DNA of 64,000 nucleotides, from positions 64,001 to 128,000 of IMG/VR virus record IMGVR_UViG_2974506496_000001, one strand, 5' to 3'. The notes under the pieces were generated by a model. That model was not told the DNA's origin. It did no database searches and worked only from the letters and a program-made list of their open reading frames with translations. Source of the DNA: a virus (taxonomy: Duplodnaviria; Caudoviricetes). The position numbers and the translations under genes were made by a program. Below are positions 55,235 to 64,000 of the stretch, piece by piece (the first letter of the stretch is position 1; each line of letters opens with the position of its first letter).

Positions 55235-57223
55235 TCAATTTCTGTAGGTGCCCTCGACAAATGCGCTGATTGCCTGCCCGACCAGCGAGGACGAGAAGGT
55301 TGCAGCCATTTGGGTTGGAGACACCCACTGTTTCACATCGAGCTGGGTCTTGGCTAACACGCGTGCCAGTTTGTCTGAACGGTAGATCTGTTCATTCAAC
55401 CCCATGCCAGACAGCACTGCCAGATAGTCGGAGTAGTTGTTGTCATCGGTCATGAGCTTAGCTGCCGCACGTGCCGGGTTGGTTAAATCACCCGGGTTCA
55501 GTGCAGGGTCGATCGGTGCATGCAACATTGGCGACATATCGGCCACCGAGAACGTCACGTCAATTCCCAGAGGATGTTTGTCTTTGTTCCAGCCCACGTT
55601 ACCCACACCACGTTGAATACTCATTGAGTCGATCATCCCTAAACGGGTTTGTGAGCGACCTTTTGAATACGCTTCGACTAAGAACGGTGAGGTATAGGCC
55701 TGAGCGCCCACAGAACGCGGTAGGACCATGTTTAACAAACAAACCAAGGGAATGATCAGGTTCTGGATGCGTGCCACTGGGTGGCCGTACGGAGAGCGTA
55801 GATTGATGGTGTACGTTTCCCGGGGTAGTGACGCAGTCGAGCCTGTCCAGTGTTGTGGGATCTCAATGTACCCTTGACCCAACATTAGGTTAACAATCCC
55901 ACCAAGACTGGTGCCCGATGCATAACCTTGGACTACCTGCATACTGGAGTCAATCAAGGCATCGATCGGTGCAAAGCCAGTCTTGCCACCGCCAGCCATG
56001 AAGCGAGCATCCTGTGCTGCAGTAGACGCGCCGTTCAGTATCCCGGTTAACTGGTTCTCACCAAACGAACTCTGGAAGGATTCTCCGATCGCGCCGTTAT
56101 GGTTGACCTTGAAACCAATAAAGGAGCCGCCATCACGCAACTCCGATTCCATGTGGTCAAGCACACTGTTAAAGAACCCGGTGGATTTCTCCACATCAGT
56201 GACCGACGCAGCATCACCTGTGGCAGTTGGTGCAGTTACTCCGGTATCACCATCAGCATCCGTGGTGTAGTTCCCCGCCCCTTCCATCCCGGTACCAGAC
56301 GGATCTTTTACCTGACCCAATCCCGAATTGAAGTAGGACTGCAGATACGTGGTCAGATTAGACTCTGGGCTGTCGCCAGCCGGATCGGTCCATTCGTTAC
56401 CGTGTTTGTTAATCGCCCGGATCGCACTGTTACGTTCAGTTACCGAAGAGGACTCGATACGCTGGGCCAATGCTTTCTGCCAACGAATGTGTTTACGGTT
56501 TGCACGGTTAGCAAGATAGAAAAGGTCAACAGAACCATCAGCACGCCACAAACCAGGCAACATGTTCGCAAGCAGTTTACGCTCGTTCGGTGTGTAAGCA
56601 GAGAAGTCAAACGTTTGTTCCTTAGCCTGAGCATGGCGCGTACGGAATGCCGGTGGGATAATCCCCATGTTGATCATGATGGCGTTCAACATATTGGTAC
56701 AGGATTTCCAATAGAGCGGCATTGCGTTCTTGGAGTAATAGAACTTGGATTTCGGAATCCCCATCAACCAGGTAACCGTGGTATAGGTGACCGAGATGGC
56801 CTGCAGTGGCCAGTGCACAATCGCTGACGCCGCTTCGGCAAAGTGGAACAGCCAACCCGGAGCACGTCCGGTACGCGCCAGGTAGGCGGCATTGGCATCA
56901 AACATGTTGGCCAGGAAACTGAAGATCCCGTTGAACTCCGGCACCCCCATACGGAAATAGACCACATCGGCATTGTCATCAATGTTAGCACTATAGTCCG
57001 ACCCCATTCCACCAAACTGATCATTCCACCAACGACTGGCACGAATGTCACAGCTCGGTGACCACTGAGGCGGTGGGTTAATCCAGAAGTTACCACCCGG
57101 GGTTGTGTCTGTGAATTTGTTTCGGGCCTTCTGATATTGCCTACGGTCTTTTAACCCGTCATCAATATTTACACCAGAAAGCATAAATGCCTGTTGTAAA
57201 TAATCATGGTCTTTAATGTTCAT
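55235..57223 (-). CDS. Putative tail/baseplate structural protein
   Basis: 662 aa, directly downstream of the tape-measure-like gene. Confidence 0.6.
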   Translation of the reverse strand: MNIKDHDYLQQAFMLSGVNIDDGLKDRRQYQKARNKFTDTTPGGNFWINPPPQWSPSCDIRASRWWNDQFGGMGSDYSANIDDNADVVYFRMGVPEFNGIFSFLANMFDANAAYLARTGRAPGWLFHFAEAASAIVHWPLQAISVTYTTVTWLMGIPKSKFYYSKNAMPLYWKSCTNMLNAIMINMGIIPPAFRTRHAQAKEQTFDFSAYTPNERKLLANMLPGLWRADGSVDLFYLANRANRKHIRWQKALAQRIESSSVTERNSAIRAINKHGNEWTDPAGDSPESNLTTYLQSYFNSGLGQVKDPSGTGMEGAGNYTTDADGDTGVTAPTATGDAASVTDVEKSTGFFNSVLDHMESELRDGGSFIGFKVNHNGAIGESFQSSFGENQLTGILNGASTAAQDARFMAGGGKTGFAPIDALIDSSMQVVQGYASGTSLGGIVNLMLGQGYIEIPQHWTGSTASLPRETYTINLRSPYGHPVARIQNLIIPLVCLLNMVLPRSVGAQAYTSPFLVEAYSKGRSQTRLGMIDSMSIQRGVGNVGWNKDKHPLGIDVTFSVADMSPMLHAPIDPALNPGDLTNPARAAAKLMTDDNNYSDYLAVLSGMGLNEQIYRSDKLARVLAKTQLDVKQWVSPTQMAATFSSSLVGQAISAFVEGTYRN

Positions 57224-57285
57224 TCACCAACTCCGAATGATTAAGAATAAGAAGGCGGGGCATGACCCCCGCCTGATGTTACTGA

Positions 57286-60200
57286 TTAGCCATTACCGTA
57301 CTTGCGAGCAAAGCTCACCGGTGGTGTACCGGCACCACTGGCAGGTGCTTGCGGTGCCGCCGGTGCAGGTTTGTTCAACATCTGGGTTTGCACCGCAATG
57401 AACTGCTTCATGATCTCAACCAACGAGTTCATGTTATTGTCGATGTTCGCCAGGTGGTCTTTACTGCCAGAGATCGCCGCAGCAGACTCTTTCGGTAAGA
57501 CCGGTACGGGTGCCGGTGCAGGGGTAACTGTCGTGACCTGCGGGGCATTAGGAACCTGCCCTTGGGTCGGTTGCATGCGAGGAGGTGTGTTAAGGGTTGG
57601 GGTGGTTGGTGTTGGCGTAGACGCATCAGCGGCTGCTTGCTTATCGATAGCCGATGCCGTGGAGTCTTTGGCATTCGGTGTCGATGAACCTGCAGAAACG
57701 GCTGCGGCTACACTTGGTCCACTTGTTGACTTCAATGCTGGCGCATCACCCTGGCCCGGAGGTGGTGCTACGGCATTAGCCGCAGATGCACCCGGTGCAG
57801 TCAGCTCAGCTGCCGTCTTCGCGCCCGACAATGCCGGAGTAGAAGGCCCGCTCTGTGCTTGACCGGATGCCAAGGTTTGTGCCTGGTTATCCTCAGCTGC
57901 ATCACCTTGTGGGCCAGCAGACTGATCTTTACCCGAGAGAATGTCATCAAACTTCCCAGTCCCCATTAGATCCGTATACTGTTTGAACAACTGACCACGT
58001 TCAGCTAAACCGTGTGTCCCGCCGTTAACCAATTTGGTAACAGTATTCAGATCCCCTTTCTTCGCAGCTTCCTCAATCCCATTACGCGACTTCCAATACC
58101 ACAGTGCTGACTTCGCAGCCATGGTTGGGTCAGTCGAGAGTTTATCGGGATCGGACACCAGGTCAACGCCAAGGCCTTTACTGGCGGCTGCGTAGTTGGC
58201 TTTACCGGTCAGCTGCATGAAGCCACGTCCACGGTACTTCCAACCATCTCCCGGTTTGTCGTTCCCCATACGACCGCCATAGATCGAGTTGGCAATCGCC
58301 ACTGGACCCGCTGTCGCTAACTGCTGCGCAGCTGCCAGGGTGGGGAAGCGGTTAGGCCAGAGCCTCATCAGAGTCTCTGCTTTATAACGCAGGTTCTCTT
58401 CGAGTTTGCTAAAGCCTCCGGACTCCAGGTGAGTCTGGGCCAAGAGCATGGCGAGTTCTTGTTTATCCGTAATGCCGGACTTCATGGCTTCACGAATCAA
58501 GATACGCGCACCCTCTTCAGCACCTGGACCTAACTTAATCGGCCCAACCTTCCCGGTGTTGTCAATCCCCCCGCCTGCACCTGCCGCACCACCTGCCGCA
58601 CCGCCACCATAGGCTGTCTCGATACGTCCCGTTTCCGGGTTGTATGTTGTTACCTGACGCTGAGAGGTATAGACTTGACCGGTACTCGTCTTCACCTGGT
58701 TGTTCACCATGTTACCGGACGAGTCCTTACGCCAATCTTTCTCAGTAGTGCCATCGGCCCGTTGTTGCACACCGCCTTTTACCGCTTCAGCAGAATACTG
58801 CGCTTGTTTGACTTGTGCCTTCAGGTTATTCAGGTGGTTTTGAACAACAGAGGCATCATCATTAAGTTCACCGGTTGACCACGGCGAGGTCTTAATGGTC
58901 CAAACAGAGATCGCATTCACGCCATCGCTGTATTTGGCATTGGTTATCGCTGTCGCTGCAGCGAACTTCAACTCAGGTGGCATCTTCGGTACAGCAAGCG
59001 TCGGTCGACTGTCTCCGGTCTGGGTATATACCGTGCTGGCAAACGCTAAGTACGCTGGTAAGAAGCGACGAGTAAACCACGGCTCCCATGATTTGTAAGA
59101 CCACTGGTTGGATGGACTCAAACCAAAGCTTGCAGCAACAACCCGGTAGATGTCTGAGGCTTTACCGTCAAACGTCGCACCGTTATCGGCAAACTTGATC
59201 TTGTTCGCCATCACCAGTTCCAACTGCAGGAGTGTCGATACACGATCAACATCCAACGTTGGCAGGCCGTACACTTTCATACGCAGCGCAGTGAGGTCAT
59301 CCATCGCCTGACCGGCTTTAGGCAGCAAACCACCTAAGAGATCCCCGGCACTGACCACAGTACGATCACCGGTAAACCACGACGACTCTTTATGCCCAAC
59401 CGTTTTCAGCTCAGGGATATCGCCATTTGGGTTAATGGCTTTGACCATGTCACTGCTGAGTTCACGACTGGAGGCAACCTTATCCATCCCGGTTGCAAAG
59501 ACCGACGCTGATTTCCCCGTGGTCATCTTCTGAGCTTTGTTGCGCAGACGATCCAGCACATCTTTTACCAGCGCTTCGGTCTGTTTGCGATCGGTTGCAT
59601 TCAGATCCGGGAAGATACGACCAGTAAACATGTACGGGTGATCAGATGACTCATCGAACTGTTGTGCGCGTTTGGCGATCTCGTACTTTGCCGCTTCATC
59701 CGTCGACTTATCCAGATCCATGAAGGCCTGGCTTGGGAGGACTTGTTTCGCCACGGCTTTGTGGGTCAGGTAAACCGGTTTGAAGCGATGCAGGAACCAA
59801 CCCGCGAATTGCTCCACTTGCTCACGGTCATTCGGGTCATCAACAAACAATGAACCGAGTTGGGCGATTGGGGCTTTCGGGTCGAGTGAGGCATAGCCAT
59901 CATCGGTGGTTTTGACATACGGCTCTAACGCGGCTTCCAACTTCAGGATGGCCGAGACATGACTGGAGTCATTATCCGGAACACCATACTGACGTAGACG
60001 CATCTGCTGCAGTAAGCCCGGGTCATTAAACCAGGTGTATAAAGAACGACCGATAGCGCCGCCCCCTAATGCACCAATGGCCCCGCCAGCAATAGCACCG
60101 ATGGCTGTACCAACAACCGGCACAACTGAACCGATAGCGGCACCCATCGCCGCACCACCCAGAATACCACCAACACCGGAGCCAGCTGCTTCTGCCACAC

Positions 60201-63200
60201 CTGCGTTATCACCTGCCTTGTACGAATCCCACGCTTCCAGTGCTGAGACCCCGGCTGTGACAATCCCGCCACCTTTGACCAGTAGCTTCAGGTTACCGGC
60301 AACACCACGACCCAACATACCGCCTGTACGACCAACAATACCTCGGCCGAGACCACGGACACCACGGGCAGCTTTGCCGGCTAAACGACGGATCAATCCA
60401 CCACGTGGACGAGGGCCGCCACCACCGCCACCACCACCGCGGTTACGACGACCACCCCGACGCCTGCGACGCCTGCGACCGCCTTCCTCTTCACCACCCT
60501 CATCATCATCACCGAGCGCATCGCTGAGTTCATCCATGACACCTTTGCCGCCGGAGATAACACTACCGATCCCTTTGACAATATCACCGATCCAACCCAG
60601 CCCTAAGAACTTGGCCAGCCCACCGAGGATACCGAACTCCTTGATACCGGAGACCAGACCAGTAACGGAGGAGAACAACCCTGCCACCAATCCAAACAGT
60701 GTGGTGGGTTTCTCCTTGTCTTTGGCATGGTCATCAGAGTCATGTGCGTGTTGGGCTTCTTCACGTTCTTTCTTCTGTTGAGCACGACGACGAATCAGAT
60801 CAGCAACCGAGTTATTGCGCACCCCATCGTGATCCGGGTCACTGGCGTCTTCCCGTTTCTTATCACGCAACATCCGCCATAAGCCACGAGTCGCTTTGAA
60901 GCCTAATACTGCCGGCATGACAGTAGTCCACTTCGCAACGGTCAAGACGGGACTGTTGATGTTCGGTAAGCTTTTGAAGACTTTACGAATCAACCCAGAT
61001 GACTTGCCTTGGTTACTCATCCGACCCGACAGTTTACGCAACCACCCCTGACGCTCATTCACCGAATCCTTCATAATGTCAGGATCACCGGTCACTTGCG
61101 CAATGGTGGCATCTTTGGTCGCTGTTACGCTATCACGCACAGAGGCCAGGACACCGATGGTTTCACGCAGCAAGGCATTGTTATCAAGCTGGGCCTGTAC
61201 AATCGCTGCCGTCTCTGAGGCACTGCCCGCATCCGGTGCAGTAATCCCTTCAGAAGGTAAGCGAGTGCGTGAAGCCCGATCCGCCGTACCGTCATTGAAC
61301 ACCCCAGAGGAGCGTACGACTTCTGCTTCCTGAGCAATCTCTGAAGCCGCCTCTTCTACAGCCTGACGACCAAAGCGACGTTGCAGTTCGGTGGTGGCAT
61401 TACGCAACGCTTCCTTACCACTGGATGCGGCATTCAACAGCGCTTGTTTCACCGCACTGGTGTCCGGACGAACTGAGTTGATCTTGCCAAACAAGTTACT
61501 GGCACTTTCACCCATGTTACGCAATGAATCACCCAGACCACCACTACCGCCTGCAGCGCCTACCGCACCCGCCCCACCAAAGCCGTTTACTCGATCGCGC
61601 AGACTTTGGCCAAGGCTATTATCCAAACGACGAGCAATACGATTAACAGCAGCCTCCCCATATCGCGCACGAAGCTGCTGAAGCACCACTTGATAATATT
61701 CCGGACTGTTAGCTCGGGCTTGGGAAAGTTGTGCACGGATCTCCTCCTCTTGTTCACGGGTGAGTCGACCCCGCAGGTTGCCCAGACTGTCTGTTACGCC
61801 ACGACGCAGGTTATCCAGCGTCTCACGCCCCATCTCACCGAGTTCTGCTCCAGGGTTAACATTACTGCCCCGTTCATTGGAATCTTCCCCTTCACGATCA
61901 GGACGATAGTTCGGGTTAGCAATGAACTTCTGCATCATCTCCCAGTACATCTCGTGGTTAAAGACATCCTGGCCATTAACCCGTTTGATGACGCCCATGT
62001 CTTTGAGCTGTGCCCGACTACCACTGTTGGCCATGGTATTCAGTGACTGCTCGACATTCGGCATATACTGCGACTGGGCCTGCATAACGTTAGACAGGTT
62101 GTTACGCATCTGTGCCAGTTCGGGTGCATCGCCAATCTGATAATCACCAAAGGCTTTGGCCCGACCGGTTGCTTCCCGAGTGTCGAAACGTTTGTGCAAG
62201 AACTCATTGATCTCCTGCACTGCTTCTTTATTGGCATTGCCCCAGCCACTGGACTTCAAGTAGGTGTTGACGTTGAAGCCATCACCCGCTTCAGCATCCC
62301 GGGCAAAACGCATCGCTAATGCCACACGGGCATTGGGTGAGAGCTCCTGGTCGGGGTCGAGGGTTTCCACCATGGTGTTGAAGGAACCTGCGGCCGAGGA
62401 GAACTCATTGCGATTAAAGATCGACGAACGCAGATCGACGTTCGCCCGCTTCTTGGAAGTGAAGCCACCCTGGATGTGGTTGAAGTGCACTTCCGACACC
62501 GACCCGACATCTGCTTCCAGTTTATTGGCGATCGCCGTTTGCTGGGCCAGTTGTTTAGTCAGTAAGCCTGGAATCACTTCCACCAATGAACGCCGTGACA
62601 TCTGATCCCAAACAGCCGGTTCAGTCAGGTCTTTCACGCCAGGGTTGTGCAACCGAGTACGGTTACCCATGGAGGCCGGCAATTGAAAGAGGGCGTTATT
62701 CAGGAAGGGGTTGACGACGCGCTTTTGTAACCGCGTGTGCCATTTATTCCCCTCGGCATTCGGATCGAAGTTCTCATCAAAAGACTGACGGTTACGTAAC
62801 CAGCCATTGATCAGACCCGGTGCTGCATTTGAGTAATAGCTTAAGTCATGACCCATGCGGTTCAGACCCGGGTTACGCGACAGTGCAGGACGGGCTAAAG
62901 AGGAAAGCATCATCGGCAACATACCGACCAGTCCTTGACCCGCCATCTGTCCGTAGTCACGCGCCCCAAGCGAACGCCCCATCATGCGGGCCTGTTGCGC
63001 GCCCATCATGGCAGCACGGGCGGCAGCAATGCCACCCGAAGCGCGGTGGTTCATATCCTGGCTACGTTGATCCACCATGTTAAAGACGTTGTCAAACAGC
63101 CGGTTACCGAATTGCGAGACCGTACCGCCTAACCCACCCAGTGCACGTTTACGGATCAACTCACGGGCCGAGGCAGAATGGCTCATCTTTTCGAAGTCAG

Positions 63201-63999
63201 TTAAGCCGGTATTTTTCACCAGACTTGACATGGCGTCCAGACTGCGTTTGTAGAAACGTTCTTGCATCTTGCCAATTGACAACTGCAGTTTATACGAACG
63301 GTACTGGAGCTCTAATGACTTGCGCTGGTAGTTGGCAGTGAACTGCTCATTAAAGCCAACGGTACGGGCTGTGAGGCGATGGATGCCTTGCATGAAGGCC
63401 AGACTGTCTGCAGAGACGCTCGCCTGTCTGGTGGCGACTGCGGCGGTCTGTGCCATGCTCTCTTTATGCAGGGCCACGGCCAGCTGACTCGACTGCAGTG
63501 TAGCCTGCTGCATCATGGTAACGTAGTCGTCGTTCTCGTTACCGGTTGAGCCGTCGTCCAGACCGGGATCAGCGGGCTTGGTGCTGGAGACCGAATAATC
63601 GATGTCTTTATTCTCAGCCCAGACTTCAATTTGCTTTAAGACCTTCTCCGGCAATTTCCCACCGTACATCGATAATGCATCGAGGGTTAGGTCTTTGATG
63701 TCATTGACAGAGTTACGGGTATTACTTTTAACTTTATCGTATAGGTCATCTTTGAATCTTGCTGCGCGATCTTTTGCATCAAACGCAGGCGAAAACGATG
63801 CGGGTAACAAAGAGCGAATGATACGCTGAGGAGTACCTTTAGTGAACACTTCCTCTTTGGCACCAGTCCAAAGGCCTGCGGCGAACTCACGAATCGCCCC
63901 GCCTTTACCCTTCTTCTTCGTACTTGCATCGTCACCGAAATCGAAGTCAAAGTCCAGGTCAAGGTCACCCAGATCTTCGTACTCGACTTTGACATTCTC
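57286..63999 (-). CDS. Tape-measure-like virion protein with GH19 peptidoglycan hydrolase domain (5' end outside window)
   Basis: Frame open to the window edge (ENVKVEYEDLGDL...); LAQTHLESG, LEENL.Y, GDGWKYRGRGFMQLTGKANY, VNGG.HGL.ER; Gly-zipper TM segments. Confidence 0.85.
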   Translation of the reverse strand, partial: ENVKVEYEDLGDLDLDFDFDFGDDASTKKKGKGGAIREFAAGLWTGAKEEVFTKGTPQRIIRSLLPASFSPAFDAKDRAARFKDDLYDKVKSNTRNSVNDIKDLTLDALSMYGGKLPEKVLKQIEVWAENKDIDYSVSSTKPADPGLDDGSTGNENDDYVTMMQQATLQSSQLAVALHKESMAQTAAVATRQASVSADSLAFMQGIHRLTARTVGFNEQFTANYQRKSLELQYRSYKLQLSIGKMQERFYKRSLDAMSSLVKNTGLTDFEKMSHSASARELIRKRALGGLGGTVSQFGNRLFDNVFNMVDQRSQDMNHRASGGIAAARAAMMGAQQARMMGRSLGARDYGQMAGQGLVGMLPMMLSSLARPALSRNPGLNRMGHDLSYYSNAAPGLINGWLRNRQSFDENFDPNAEGNKWHTRLQKRVVNPFLNNALFQLPASMGNRTRLHNPGVKDLTEPAVWDQMSRRSLVEVIPGLLTKQLAQQTAIANKLEADVGSVSEVHFNHIQGGFTSKKRANVDLRSSIFNRNEFSSAAGSFNTMVETLDPDQELSPNARVALAMRFARDAEAGDGFNVNTYLKSSGWGNANKEAVQEINEFLHKRFDTREATGRAKAFGDYQIGDAPELAQMRNNLSNVMQAQSQYMPNVEQSLNTMANSGSRAQLKDMGVIKRVNGQDVFNHEMYWEMMQKFIANPNYRPDREGEDSNERGSNVNPGAELGEMGRETLDNLRRGVTDSLGNLRGRLTREQEEEIRAQLSQARANSPEYYQVVLQQLRARYGEAAVNRIARRLDNSLGQSLRDRVNGFGGAGAVGAAGGSGGLGDSLRNMGESASNLFGKINSVRPDTSAVKQALLNAASSGKEALRNATTELQRRFGRQAVEEAASEIAQEAEVVRSSGVFNDGTADRASRTRLPSEGITAPDAGSASETAAIVQAQLDNNALLRETIGVLASVRDSVTATKDATIAQVTGDPDIMKDSVNERQGWLRKLSGRMSNQGKSSGLIRKVFKSLPNINSPVLTVAKWTTVMPAVLGFKATRGLWRMLRDKKREDASDPDHDGVRNNSVADLIRRRAQQKKEREEAQHAHDSDDHAKDKEKPTTLFGLVAGLFSSVTGLVSGIKEFGILGGLAKFLGLGWIGDIVKGIGSVISGGKGVMDELSDALGDDDEGGEEEGGRRRRRRRGGRRNRGGGGGGGGPRPRGGLIRRLAGKAARGVRGLGRGIVGRTGGMLGRGVAGNLKLLVKGGGIVTAGVSALEAWDSYKAGDNAGVAEAAGSGVGGILGGAAMGAAIGSVVPVVGTAIGAIAGGAIGALGGGAIGRSLYTWFNDPGLLQQMRLRQYGVPDNDSSHVSAILKLEAALEPYVKTTDDGYASLDPKAPIAQLGSLFVDDPNDREQVEQFAGWFLHRFKPVYLTHKAVAKQVLPSQAFMDLDKSTDEAAKYEIAKRAQQFDESSDHPYMFTGRIFPDLNATDRKQTEALVKDVLDRLRNKAQKMTTGKSASVFATGMDKVASSRELSSDMVKAINPNGDIPELKTVGHKESSWFTGDRTVVSAGDLLGGLLPKAGQAMDDLTALRMKVYGLPTLDVDRVSTLLQLELVMANKIKFADNGATFDGKASDIYRVVAASFGLSPSNQWSYKSWEPWFTRRFLPAYLAFASTVYTQTGDSRPTLAVPKMPPELKFAAATAITNAKYSDGVNAISVWTIKTSPWSTGELNDDASVVQNHLNNLKAQVKQAQYSAEAVKGGVQQRADGTTEKDWRKDSSGNMVNNQVKTSTGQVYTSQRQVTTYNPETGRIETAYGGGAAGGAAGAGGGIDNTGKVGPIKLGPGAEEGARILIREAMKSGITDKQELAMLLAQTHLESGGFSKLEENLRYKAETLMRLWPNRFPTLAAAQQLATAGPVAIANSIYGGRMGNDKPGDGWKYRGRGFMQLTGKANYAAASKGLGVDLVSDPDKLSTDPTMAAKSALWYWKSRNGIEEAAKKGDLNTVTKLVNGGTHGLAERGQLFKQYTDLMGTGKFDDILSGKDQSAGPQGDAAEDNQAQTLASGQAQSGPSTPALSGAKTAAELTAPGASAANAVAPPPGQGDAPALKSTSGPSVAAAVSAGSSTPNAKDSTASAIDKQAAADASTPTPTTPTLNTPPRMQPTQGQVPNAPQVTTVTPAPAPVPVLPKESAAAISGSKDHLANIDNNMNSLVEIMKQFIAVQTQMLNKPAPAAPQAPASGAGTPPVSFARKYGNG

Positions 64000-64000
64000 G

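Noticed and set aside
56099-62605. Long + strand ORFs (56099..56827, 57302..57862, 60035..60781 and others)
   Set aside because: Antisense shadows of Gly/Ala-rich genes on the - strand; no RBS or recognisable motifs

Overview
A dense, mostly + strand 64 kb segment of a phiKZ-like (Chimalliviridae-type) jumbo phage. The host is most plausibly Erwinia/Pantoea: an AmsF/WceF-like gene sits at the left edge, and the gene content resembles RAY/Ea35-70-like phages (from recall, not a search). The left ~41 kb is an accessory/early region with many small hypothetical genes plus kptA/Tpt1, nrdB with an HNH homing endonuclease, ygiB-like, HigA-like, MazG-like, tdk, HslU-like ATPase, a DHFR fusion, Lar-like, glycine-rich and LamG fibre-like proteins and an SF2 helicase. 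The right ~23 kb is core-like: RNase HI, UvsX/RecA, a SLOG-macrodomain-NADAR/SLOG cluster, the C-terminal part of a split RNAP beta subunit, structural genes and a >2230 aa tape-measure-like protein with a GH19 domain. Most notable observations: (1) an unannotated 47-aa gene that looks like a free-standing ribonucleotide-reductase alpha C-terminal CxxC tail; (2) an HNH module that appears to have replaced the nrdB 3' end and left the original tail downstream; (3) an ADP-ribose-erasing cluster; (4) two recurrent cis motifs, CCTAYATTAC-N4-GTGAT (promoter-like) and hairpin+TTTATGCCG (terminator-like); (5) several paralog families. No tRNA, rRNA or CRISPR array was seen. All family assignments are by-eye motif recognition; no database search was run.
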